Source: Cereibacter sphaeroides 2.4.1 (GTDB lineage: Bacteria; Pseudomonadota; Alphaproteobacteria; Rhodobacterales; Rhodobacteraceae). Taken from it: a DNA stretch of 32,000 nucleotides. Each line of letters starts with the position of its first letter. The stretch's first letter is position 1. Positions 8,376-16,652 of this stretch are shown piece by piece. The notes below the pieces were generated by a model. The model was not told the DNA's origin. It made no database searches and saw only the letters and a list, made by a program, of their open reading frames with translations. The stretch covers positions 1 to 32,000 of the forward strand of contig NC_009007.1 in NCBI RefSeq assembly GCF_000012905.2. The letters run 5' to 3'. The translations under genes and the position numbers were made by a program.

Positions 8376-8939
8376 GTGCAGATTGAAGAAACGGAACTGC
8401 CGGGTGTCCTGATCCTGACGCCGCGGGTCTTCGGCGATGCGCGGGGCAGCTTCTGCGAGGCCTGGAACCGGGCCACGCTCCAGGGGCTTGGGATCGATCT
8501 CGATTTCGTGCAGGACAACCAGTCGATCAGCGCTCCCGTGGGCACGGTGCGCGGGCTGCATTATCAGGCGCCGCCCCACGCTCAGGACAAGCTCGTCCGC
8601 GTGGGCCATGGCGCGATCCTCGATGTGGCGGTCGATGTGCGGGTGGGCTCGCCCACCTACGGCCGGTGGGTGGGGGTGGAGTTGACAGCCGGCAACGCCC
8701 GCCAGCTTCTGGTGCCGAAGGGCTTCCTGCACGGTTTCGTCACGAGAGAGCCCGACACGGTCGTCCTCTACAAGACCACCGATGTCTATGCGCCCGACTG
8801 CGACGGGGCGGTGCATTTCGCCGATCCCGACCTCGGCATCGACTGGGGCATCGATCCGGCCTCGGCCGTGCTCTCCGACAAGGATGCGCGCGCGCCGCGC
8901 TTCGCCGACTGGACCAGCCCCTTCAGCATCGAGGTCTGA
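8376..8939 (+). CDS. rmlC: dTDP-4-dehydrorhamnose 3,5-epimerase
   Basis: GTG at 8376 is preceded by AGGGGAA. RmlC motifs are DARGSFCEAWN, VRGLHYQ, DKLVRV, GAILDVAVDVR and GFLHGF. Confidence 0.92.
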   Translation: MQIEETELPGVLILTPRVFGDARGSFCEAWNRATLQGLGIDLDFVQDNQSISAPVGTVRGLHYQAPPHAQDKLVRVGHGAILDVAVDVRVGSPTYGRWVGVELTAGNARQLLVPKGFLHGFVTREPDTVVLYKTTDVYAPDCDGAVHFADPDLGIDWGIDPASAVLSDKDARAPRFADWTSPFSIEV

Positions 8940-8942
8940 CCC

Positions 8943-9983
8943 ATGAAACTGATCGTGACCGGAGGAGCGGGCTTCATCGGCTCGGCCGTGGTGCGCAAGG
9001 CGGTGGCCGACGGCCACCATGTCGTCAATCTCGACTGCCTGACCTATGCCGCCTGCCTCGACAATCTCGCAAGCGTCGCGGGCGCGCCGAACTATGTCTT
9101 CGAGAAGGCCGACATCCGCGATGCGGAGGCCATGGCGCGGATCTTCGCCACCCACCGGCCCGATGCGGTGATGCATCTGGCGGCGGAAAGCCATGTCGAC
9201 CGTTCGATCGACGGGCCGGGCGCCTTCATCGACACCAATGTCCGCGGCACCTATGTGCTCCTCGAGGCCGCCCGCGCCTACTGGGTGGGGCAGGGCAAGC
9301 CGCAGGGCTTCCGCTTCCACCATATCTCGACCGACGAGGTCTTCGGCACGCTGGGCGAGACCGGGCAGTTCACCGAAGAGACGCCTTACGCGCCGAACTC
9401 GCCCTATTCGGCCTCGAAGGCCGCCTCCGACCATCTGGTGCGCGCCTGGGGCGAGACCTATGGGCTGCCCTATGTGCTGACCAACTGCTCGAACAATTAC
9501 GGGCCGTTCCATTTCCCGGAAAAGCTCATTCCGGTGGTGATCCTGAAGGCGCTCGCGGGCGCCCCGATCCCGGTCTACGGCAAGGGCGAGAATGTCCGCG
9601 ACTGGCTCTATGTCGAGGACCATGCCGACGCGCTGCTGACGGTGCTGGCCAGAGGTGAGAACCACCGCAGCTACAATATCGGCGGCGAGAACGAGGCGAA
9701 GAACATCGACATCGTCCGCAAGATCTGCGCGATCCTCGATGCGCGGCGCCCCAAAGCCACGCCCTATGCCGATCAGATCGCCTTCGTGACCGACCGTCCG
9801 GGCCACGACCTGCGCTATGCGATCGACCCCACGCGCATTCGCACCGAACTGGGCTGGCGCCCCTCGGTCACGCTCGACGAGGGGCTCGAGCGCACCGTCG
9901 ACTGGTATCTGGCCAACGAGCCCTGGTGGCGCGCGCTGCAGGACCGCGCCGGGGTGGGCGAGCGGCTGGGAGTGAAGGCATGA
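8943..9983 (+). CDS. rmlB: dTDP-glucose 4,6-dehydratase
   Basis: [18 protein letters not shown] is the Rossmann GxxGxxG motif. [11 protein letters not shown], the [12 protein letters not shown] catalytic YxxxK, and a length of 346 aa all fit RmlB. Confidence 0.95.
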   Translation: MKLIVTGGAGFIGSAVVRKAVADGHHVVNLDCLTYAACLDNLASVAGAPNYVFEKADIRDAEAMARIFATHRPDAVMHLAAESHVDRSIDGPGAFIDTNVRGTYVLLEAARAYWVGQGKPQGFRFHHISTDEVFGTLGETGQFTEETPYAPNSPYSASKAASDHLVRAWGETYGLPYVLTNCSNNYGPFHFPEKLIPVVILKALAGAPIPVYGKGENVRDWLYVEDHADALLTVLARGENHRSYNIGGENEAKNIDIVRKICAILDARRPKATPYADQIAFVTDRPGHDLRYAIDPTRIRTELGWRPSVTLDEGLERTVDWYLANEPWWRALQDRAGVGERLGVKA

Positions 9984-10831
9984 TCCTCGTCTTCGGCCGC
10001 ACCGGGCAGGTGGCGCGCGAACTGGCGCGGCAGGCTCCGGACGCCCGCTTCCTCGGCCGCGACGAGGCGGATCTCGCCGATCCCGAGGCCTGTGCCCGCG
10101 CGATCCGCGAGGCAAAGCCTGACGCGGTGATCAATGCCGCCGCCTGGACCGCCGTCGACCGGGCCGAGGAGGAGGAGGCCCCGGCCACAGTGGTGAACGG
10201 GGAGGCCCCCGGCGCCATGGCGCGGGCCTGCGCCGAGCTCGGCATCCCCTTCGTGCAGATCTCGACCGACTATGTCTTCGACGGCTCGGGCACCCGCCCC
10301 TGGCAGCCCGGCGATCCGGTGGGGCCGCTCGGCGCCTACGGCCGCTCGAAGCTCGCGGGCGAAGAGGCGGTGCGCGCGGCCGGCGGACCCCATGCGATCC
10401 TGCGCACCTCCTGGGTCTTCTCGGCCCATGGCGCGAATTTCGTGAAGACCATGCTGCGCCTCGGGGCCACGCGCGACCGGCTCACCGTCGTCTGCGATCA
10501 GGTGGGCGGGCCCACGCCCGCGGCCGACATCGCCGCGGCCTGCCTCGCGATGGCGCGCGGCCTTGCGGCCCGGCCCGATCTGTCGGGCACCTACCATCTC
10601 TCGGGCGGCCCGGACGTGAGCTGGGCCGACTTCGCCCGCGAGATCTTCCGTCAGGCGGAGCTCGACTGCCTCGTGGCCGACATCGCGTCCGCGGACTATC
10701 CGCAGAAGGCCCACCGGCCGGCCAATTCCCGGATGGACTGTTCCGACCTCGCCCGCTTCGGCCTCTCCCGCCCCGACTGGCGGCAGGGTCTCGCCCGTGT
10801 TCTCGCCGATCTCCAGGAGGTTTCCGAATGA
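9980..10831 (+). CDS. rmlD: dTDP-4-dehydrorhamnose reductase
   Basis: The ATG at 9980 overlaps the rmlB stop (ATGA). [32 protein letters not shown] and the 283-aa length are RmlD-like. Confidence 0.9.
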   Translation: MILVFGRTGQVARELARQAPDARFLGRDEADLADPEACARAIREAKPDAVINAAAWTAVDRAEEEEAPATVVNGEAPGAMARACAELGIPFVQISTDYVFDGSGTRPWQPGDPVGPLGAYGRSKLAGEEAVRAAGGPHAILRTSWVFSAHGANFVKTMLRLGATRDRLTVVCDQVGGPTPAADIAAACLAMARGLAARPDLSGTYHLSGGPDVSWADFAREIFRQAELDCLVADIASADYPQKAHRPANSRMDCSDLARFGLSRPDWRQGLARVLADLQEVSE

Positions 10832-11718
10832 GTGTTCGTAAGGGTATCATTCTCGCCGGCGGCTCGGGCACGCGGCTCTATCCGCTGACCATCGGCGTCT
10901 CCAAGCAGCTGATGCCGGTCTATGACAAGCCGATGATCTACTATCCGCTCTCGGTGCTGATGCTGGCCGGGATCCGCGAGATCGCCATCATCACCACGCC
11001 GCAGGATCAGGAGCAGTTCCGCCGGGCGCTCGGCACGGGCGCGCAATGGGGGATCTCGCTCACCTATCTGGTCCAGCCCCGGCCCGAGGGGCTCGCCCAG
11101 GCCTATACGATCGCCGAGGAGTTCCTTGCGGGCAGCCCCTCCTGCATGGTGCTGGGCGACAACATCTTCTTCGGCCACGGCCTGCCCGACCTTCTGGCTC
11201 TGGCCGATGCCAAGACGGAGGGCGGCACGGTCTTCGGCTATCATGTGGCCGATCCCGAACGCTACGGCGTGGTGGCGATGGACGAGCGCGGCCGCGTGAC
11301 CCAGATCGTCGAGAAGCCGAAGGTCGCGCCCTCGAACTATGCGGTGACGGGGATCTATTTCCTCGATGCCCGCGCCCCCGATCTGGTGCATGGCATCCGG
11401 CCCTCCGAGCGGGGCGAGCTCGAGATCGTCTCGCTTCTCGAGATCTATCTCGAGGAGGGGCTGCTCGACGTCCAGCGCATGGGCCGCGGCTTCGCCTGGC
11501 TCGACACGGGCACCCATGCGAGCCTGCTCGATGCGGGCAATTTCGTGCGCACGCTGCAGCTGCGTCAGGGGATGCAGACGGGCTGCCCTGAGGAGATCGC
11601 CTTCGCCAGGGGCTGGGTCGATGCCGAGGCCCTGACCGGCATGGCGGCGCAGCTTTCCAAGAACGATTACGGCCGCTACCTGCAGGGGCTGCTCACCGAC
11701 CGGATGATGGAGGGCTGA
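10828..11718 (+). CDS. rmlA: Glucose-1-phosphate thymidylyltransferase
   Basis: The ATG at 10828 overlaps the rmlD stop (ATGA). KGIILAGGSGTRLYPLT, SKQLMPVYDKPMIYYPL and GRGFAWLDTGT are RmlA hallmarks. Confidence 0.95.
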   Translation: MSVRKGIILAGGSGTRLYPLTIGVSKQLMPVYDKPMIYYPLSVLMLAGIREIAIITTPQDQEQFRRALGTGAQWGISLTYLVQPRPEGLAQAYTIAEEFLAGSPSCMVLGDNIFFGHGLPDLLALADAKTEGGTVFGYHVADPERYGVVAMDERGRVTQIVEKPKVAPSNYAVTGIYFLDARAPDLVHGIRPSERGELEIVSLLEIYLEEGLLDVQRMGRGFAWLDTGTHASLLDAGNFVRTLQLRQGMQTGCPEEIAFARGWVDAEALTGMAAQLSKNDYGRYLQGLLTDRMMEG

Positions 11719-12475
11719 GCGCGCCCTCCCGCCAGAGGCTCAGGTCGCGCCCGGTCAGCGCCTCGGTGAGGGCGATGTCCGGGGCATAGAGGCTGCGCAG
11801 ATAGCGCGCATCCTCCTCCGCGAGCGGCGCGAGCCCGGGGGCGGGGTCGAGCGGCCGGATCTCGGCAGGCGGCGGGGGCACAGGCGGGGCCGCGCAGCCG
11901 AGGAAGCGCCAGATCCGCGCGAGCGTGCCTGCATGGTCGCGCTGCATCTCGTCGGTCCAGAGCACGAGCCGCTGCTCGCGCGGGAAGAGCCTCTCGAGCT
12001 CCGTGAGCTGGGCGCCGTAGAAGCCGCGCTCCACATAGCTGAAGGTGCGCCAGTCCTCGGCCACCCGGGCGCGCCCCGCCCGGATGGCTTCCGGGAAGGG
12101 CAGCGTCTCGGCCCCGCGCGTCCTCTCCATCCGCCAGTGCGAATAGGCCCGCAGGACCGGATCGCGCAGGAGCAGGATCAGCCGCATCGCCGGATTGTAG
12201 GCCCGGATCCGCTGCAGCGAGGGGGTGTGGAAGAGATAGACCGGCGTGGCCTCGCCGCAGAGCTGGTCGGGGCGGGCCTGGGCGAAGGCCGTCTCGTAGA
12301 GCGGCCCCTCGGGGCCCGACCAGTCGTCCGGCAGGGGGCGGTCGAAGAAATGCAGCTCCTTTCCGGCCGGCAGGAACAGGCCCGGATGGGCCGACAGGAA
12401 GCGGTGGAGCGCGGTGGTGCCGCATTTCTGCGCCCCGGCCACGAGGAATCGCACCCGGGGAGAGGCGGCCCTCAT
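11693..12475 (-). CDS. Sulfotransferase (Sulfotransfer_1-like, carbohydrate sulfotransferase type)
   Basis: ATG at 12475 (MRAASPRVRFLVAGAQKCGTTALHRF). The 5'-PSB loop is AQKCGTTAL and the 3'-PB motif is LLLRDPVLRAYSHW, as in PAPS-dependent carbohydrate sulfotransferases. The 3' end overlaps the rmlA 3' end by 26 bp (convergent). An alternative ATG lies 10 codons upstream (12505). Confidence 0.8.
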   Translation of the reverse strand: MRAASPRVRFLVAGAQKCGTTALHRFLSAHPGLFLPAGKELHFFDRPLPDDWSGPEGPLYETAFAQARPDQLCGEATPVYLFHTPSLQRIRAYNPAMRLILLLRDPVLRAYSHWRMERTRGAETLPFPEAIRAGRARVAEDWRTFSYVERGFYGAQLTELERLFPREQRLVLWTDEMQRDHAGTLARIWRFLGCAAPPVPPPPAEIRPLDPAPGLAPLAEEDARYLRSLYAPDIALTEALTGRDLSLWREGALSPPSSGR

Positions 12476-12841
12476 GCGGCTGCTCCGATCCTGTGAGATC
12501 CGCATCCCGAGAAAGGCGCGCGCGACCGTGCGCGCAGAAGGCTCCGGACGCCGCGGGCAGGCCCCTTGGACCGGTTGAGCTTTCCCGCGGCGGCGCCCGG
12601 CAGGACCGGGGCCCGGCTGCGCCTTCCGTCTCTCGTTTCGATCCTTTGCAGAGGACAGGCCATGCTCTTCCCTCACCGGCGAGACCGCCGCGCCCGCCCC
12701 GACTGTCCCGAAATCTGCGAACGGAATCAACAGGCTCGATCTGCGAGCTTCCGGGCGCGCCGGAAAGCCCGGGCGCCGGGAGCCCCGGATCCGCGGGATG
12801 GGCCCGCCGCCCGGTCCTCGATGCGGCTCACCCCGGGGTCC

Positions 12842-13567
12842 TCAGTAGCCGAAGGCCTCCATCGCGGGGGCGGCGGCGGCCTCGACCGCCGCGCGGTCGG
12901 CGGCGGGCAGGGCGCGGTGCCGACCGACCCCGTCCGGCGGGCGCACCTCGATCCCGGTCCCGGCCGGCTCGAGCCGCAGCCCGAACTGCCGCCCGAGCCG
13001 GGCCATGCAGCCCTCGGGATCCCGGCAGAGATCCTCGAACCGCAGGATCGCATAGCGGTCGCCGAGCACCGCCTCGGCATGGCGCTTCACCCGGAGATTG
13101 CTCTCGGCCCAGAAGCGCGCCCGGTCGGCGGGCGTGCCCGGGCCCTCGGGCACATGGCGCTCATACTGCCGGCGGTTGCCCGAGAGCGCCATGTCGCGCC
13201 CGTCGCGCACCATATGGATGAAGCGCAGCCCGGGCACGAGCGCCACCGAGAAGGGCAGCAGGAACATGCTGCGGGGGTTCTTCCAGCCCCAGAAGGGCTC
13301 GCCCGCATGGAGGGCCAGATGCTCCGTCAACGCCGCGCGCCAGAGGGCCAGATCGGCCTCCTCGGGCCGGCCGCCCTCGAGAAGCCGCGCGCCGCGCGCC
13401 GCCAGCGCCTCGATCGCCGCGACCAGCGCGAGCGAATCCCCGGCCTCGTTCCGCGCGCCCCCGAGATAGCCGCCCGCCGCCCGCAGGAGCTGGCCCGCCA
13501 CCCGCGTGCCCGAGCCGCCGCTCGCGCCGAGAACGAGGGCCGGGGTCTCGGGAAGGTCCCTGTCCAT
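12842..13567 (-). CDS. Sulfotransferase family protein (second, divergent type)
   Basis: ATG at 13567 ([23 protein letters not shown]). It has a P-loop-like 5'-[24 protein letters not shown] and [14 protein letters not shown] (3'-PB-like) are typical of bacterial sulfotransferases. The rest of the 12842..14701 ORF is antisense to kdsA and is discarded. Confidence 0.7.
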   Translation of the reverse strand: MDRDLPETPALVLGASGGSGTRVAGQLLRAAGGYLGGARNEAGDSLALVAAIEALAARGARLLEGGRPEEADLALWRAALTEHLALHAGEPFWGWKNPRSMFLLPFSVALVPGLRFIHMVRDGRDMALSGNRRQYERHVPEGPGTPADRARFWAESNLRVKRHAEAVLGDRYAILRFEDLCRDPEGCMARLGRQFGLRLEPAGTGIEVRPPDGVGRHRALPAADRAAVEAAAAPAMEAFGY

Positions 13568-13768
13568 CCGATCGTCCTTCTGCCGAAAGGCCGCAGCTTT
13601 CCCGCAGGCCCCGGGGAACTCAAGGCTCATTCGGGCCTTGCCGCCGCAGGCGACCCTCCGGCGCGCGCGCGGGGCCGGCGGGAGGCGGGACCGATGGCGG
13701 CCCCTCCGGCGGATTTGAACCCCGCGCGCGCTTGGCATAAGGGTGGGACAGAAGCGCGGGAGACGGCC

Positions 13769-14605
13769 ATGACAGAGACGCCCACCATCGTGACCATCGG
13801 CGACATCGCCATCGGGGGCGGCCATCCGATCGCGCTCATCACCGGGCCCTGCCAGCTCGAGAGCCTCGATCATGCCCGCATGATGGCCGAGCGCATCGCC
13901 GAGGCCTGCGCGCCCACCGGAACGAAGTTCATCTTCAAGGCGAGCTACGACAAGGCCAACCGCTCGTCGCTCTCGACGGCGCGGGGCCTCGGGATGGAGA
14001 AGGGGCTCGAGATCCTCGGCCGGATCCGCGAGGAGTTCGGCGTGCCGGTCCTGACCGACGTCCATGAGCCCGGCCATTGCGCGACGGCCGCCGAGGTCTG
14101 CGACGTGCTGCAGATCCCGGCCTTCCTCTGCCGGCAGACCGACCTTCTGCTCGCGGCGGGCGAGACCGGCCGCGCCGTCAACGTCAAGAAGGGCCAGTTC
14201 CTCGCGCCCTGGGACATGAAGAACGTGGCCGACAAGGTGGCCTCGACCGGCAACCGGCGGATCCTGCTCTGCGAGCGGGGCACCTCCTTCGGCTACAACA
14301 CCCTCGTGACCGATTTCCGCGGCCTGCCGACCATGGCCGCGACCGGCTGGCCCGTGGTGTTCGACGCCACCCATTCGGTGCAGCAGCCGGGGGGCCTCGG
14401 CGGCTCCTCGGGCGGGCAGCGCGAATTCGCCCCGGTGCTCGCGCGGGCGGCCTGCGCGGTGGGGGTCTCGGCGCTCTTCATCGAGACGCACGAGGATCCC
14501 GACCGCGCGCCCTCGGACGGGCCGAACATGATCCCGGTGGACCGGATGGGCCGGCTCATCGCCGATCTCTGCGCCTTCGACGCGCTGGCCAAGTCGCTCG
14601 CCTGA
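13769..14605 (+). CDS. kdsA: 3-deoxy-8-phosphooctulonate (KDO-8-P) synthase
   Basis: ATG at 13769. [51 protein letters not shown] and [11 protein letters not shown] are canonical KdsA motifs. Length is 278 aa. Confidence 0.93.
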   Translation: MTETPTIVTIGDIAIGGGHPIALITGPCQLESLDHARMMAERIAEACAPTGTKFIFKASYDKANRSSLSTARGLGMEKGLEILGRIREEFGVPVLTDVHEPGHCATAAEVCDVLQIPAFLCRQTDLLLAAGETGRAVNVKKGQFLAPWDMKNVADKVASTGNRRILLCERGTSFGYNTLVTDFRGLPTMAATGWPVVFDATHSVQQPGGLGGSSGGQREFAPVLARAACAVGVSALFIETHEDPDRAPSDGPNMIPVDRMGRLIADLCAFDALAKSLA

Positions 14606-14737
14606 GACGGCGGGGAGCCGGGGGGCATCCCTCGAAGCCCGGGAGCTTTCGCGCCCATGGACCTCGGGCTCGGCGCGCGTCCCGGCTGCCCGCTCGGGCA
14701 AGTTCGGGCCGGTCGGCCGGAGCTCCGGGACACCCGT

Positions 14738-15331
14738 TCAGGCCGGCCGCACGGCCCGCGCCCAGAGCGCGAAGCGTCCGTCGGTCTGCACCGTGATCTC
14801 GGCGAAACCCGCGGCGCCCAGATGGCGGGCGAGCGAGGCCGCGGTGAAGCCCGTGCGGTGGGCCATGAAATCGTTGCCTTCGGCAATGGCGGGGCGGAAG
14901 CCGTAGAGGATGTCGAGCGGCGCGATCGGTCCCAGCGCCGAGACATAGGCCGGCTCCTCGAGCAGGCCCTGCGCCACGAGGAGCGCCACCGCCTGCAGGT
15001 CGGGCAGGGTCGCGAGCAGGAAGCCGCCCGGGCGGAGCACGCGGTGGAATTCGGCCAGCGCCAGCGGCACCTCGTGCGGGCGCAGATGTTCGAGATTGTG
15101 CGAGGACCAGACCGCATCCACCGACCCGTCCGCGACCATGGGCATCCCGGTGATGCTGGCCAGGATGTCGGGCGCGACGCCCGGATCGATGTCGAGCCGG
15201 AGCTCGCGCCAGTCACCGGCGGGAAAGACATCGCCGGGCAGCTTGGCGGGATTGGCCGCGCCGCAGCCGACATGGAGGACGGTGCGCGTCTCGGCGCGGG
15301 CCTCCGGGGTCTCGAGGGTCAGGGTCTCCAT
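14738..15331 (-). CDS. Class I SAM-dependent methyltransferase
   Basis: ATG at 15331 with GGAG 8 nt upstream, 22 bp after the HlyD-family gene stop. Motif I is VLHVGCG, the post-I/II region is VDAVWSSHNLEHL, and RVLRPGGFL is a Methyltransf_11-like fold signature. Confidence 0.8.
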   Translation of the reverse strand: METLTLETPEARAETRTVLHVGCGAANPAKLPGDVFPAGDWRELRLDIDPGVAPDILASITGMPMVADGSVDAVWSSHNLEHLRPHEVPLALAEFHRVLRPGGFLLATLPDLQAVALLVAQGLLEEPAYVSALGPIAPLDILYGFRPAIAEGNDFMAHRTGFTAASLARHLGAAGFAEITVQTDGRFALWARAVRPA

Positions 15332-15353
15332 GGGGCACTCCGGATGGGTTGGA

Positions 15354-16652
15354 TCAGGGACGGGGCTCGCGCAGGCTTTCGCTCAGCCCCTCGAGCAGCG
15401 GGTCGAGGAAATAGGACAGGAGGGTGCGGCGGCCGGCAAGGATGTCGGCCGTGAGCGTCATGCCGGGCATCAGCCCCTCGGGCAGGGGGGGACCGGGCGG
15501 AAAGACCACCCGCGCCGCATGCTGGGCGGGGCCGCCGCCGGGCGGGACGGCCGAACTCGGCGCCACGTCGGCCAGCCGGCCCTCGACCATGCCGTGATGG
15601 CGCCAGGGGAAGGCATCGACCTTGACCCGCACCGGCGCCCCCGCCCGCACGAGGCCCGCATCGCGCGACAGAAGCCCCAGTTCGGCGTGAAGCCCGCCGC
15701 CTGTGGGCGCGATCACCGCCACCGGATCGGCGGGCGTCATCAGCGAGCCGGGCCCGCCCGCCGCCACCGACAGGACCACCCCGGCCCCGGGCGCCCGCAG
15801 CTCGTGCAGCCGCGCGAGATCGGCGGTCTCGGCGATCTGCTCGGCCAGAACCGCGCGCCGCGGCCGGAGGTCGGCCAGCTCCTCGAGCAGCTTCTGCCGC
15901 CGGTCGCTCTCGAAGGCGGCAAGCCGTGCCGCGGCGCCCGCGCGTTCCTGCAGGAGGCCGTCGAGCGTGGCCTCGTTCCGGCGCTGGCGGGCCTCGGCCT
16001 CGAGCCGCGCGAGCCGCGTCTCGACGAAGGCCGCCCGGGTGCCGTTCTGCCTTGTCATCAGCCGCTCGCGCATCGCCTCGAGCTCGCGCGCGGTGGCGAG
16101 CGTCTCGGCCAGTGCCGGCCGCTCGGCGCGCGCGGCCTCGATGCCGCGGTCGATCCGGGCGAGATCGGCCTCGAGCCCGCGGCGCAGCGCGGTCTCGGTC
16201 GCGGCGCGGCCGGACTGGATGCGGCCCTCGAGCGCGCGGTCGGGGCCCGTGCCCGCGAGCGGCCGACCCACCAGCTCGGCCTCGATCCGCGCGATCCGCG
16301 CCGAGAGGGCGGCGGCCTGCGCCTTCAGCTGCGCGGCATCGGCGTCGGAGGTCCGGCTGTCCAGCCGCGCGAGCAGCTGGCCCGGCGCCACCAGATCCCC
16401 CGGCCGCACAAGGAGGCTGCGCAGCACCGCGGCCGTCACCGGACGCAGGACCGCGGCCGGATCGTCGGCCGCGATCCGGCCCGCGGCGCTCACCACCACA
16501 TCGATGGGCAGGAGGGCCGCAAGCCCCACCAGCGCCGCCAGCAGCGCCCCCGCCCCGAAGGGCCAGAGCCGGAGCAGCCAGGGCAGCGGCTCGTGCCGGA
16601 TCCGTTCGAGCGGCGACTGATAGGCCAGGGCCTCGGGCGCGAGCCTCCTCAT
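15354..16652 (-). CDS. Type I secretion periplasmic adaptor (HlyD-family membrane fusion protein)
   Basis: The ATG at 16652 overlaps the ABC gene stop (ATGA). It has an N-terminal TM (LWPFGAGALLAALVGLAALLPI), a lipoyl-like segment (VLRSLLVRPGDLVAPGQLLARLD), a long coiled-coil, VRVKVDAFP and MPGMTLTADI, matching HlyD organisation. The upstream 929 codons of the 1,361-aa track ORF are an out-of-frame overlap and are discarded. Confidence 0.88.
   Translation of the reverse strand: MRRLAPEALAYQSPLERIRHEPLPWLLRLWPFGAGALLAALVGLAALLPIDVVVSAAGRIAADDPAAVLRPVTAAVLRSLLVRPGDLVAPGQLLARLDSRTSDADAAQLKAQAAALSARIARIEAELVGRPLAGTGPDRALEGRIQSGRAATETALRRGLEADLARIDRGIEAARAERPALAETLATARELEAMRERLMTRQNGTRAAFVETRLARLEAEARQRRNEATLDGLLQERAGAAARLAAFESDRRQKLLEELADLRPRRAVLAEQIAETADLARLHELRAPGAGVVLSVAAGGPGSLMTPADPVAVIAPTGGGLHAELGLLSRDAGLVRAGAPVRVKVDAFPWRHHGMVEGRLADVAPSSAVPPGGGPAQHAARVVFPPGPPLPEGLMPGMTLTADILAGRRTLLSYFLDPLLEGLSESLREPRP

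Noticed and set aside
7077-10115. 1,012-aa minus-strand ORF opposite GT2/rmlC/rmlB
   Set aside because: It is antisense to four genes with unambiguous enzyme motifs and has no motifs of its own. It is a shadow ORF.
12476-12841. 366-bp gap between the two sulfotransferase genes, including the 63-aa minus ORF 12472..12663
   Set aside because: The small ORF is Arg/Ala/Gly-rich with no motif or ribosome-binding site. I found no structured RNA or repeat there. It is probably just an intergenic or promoter region.
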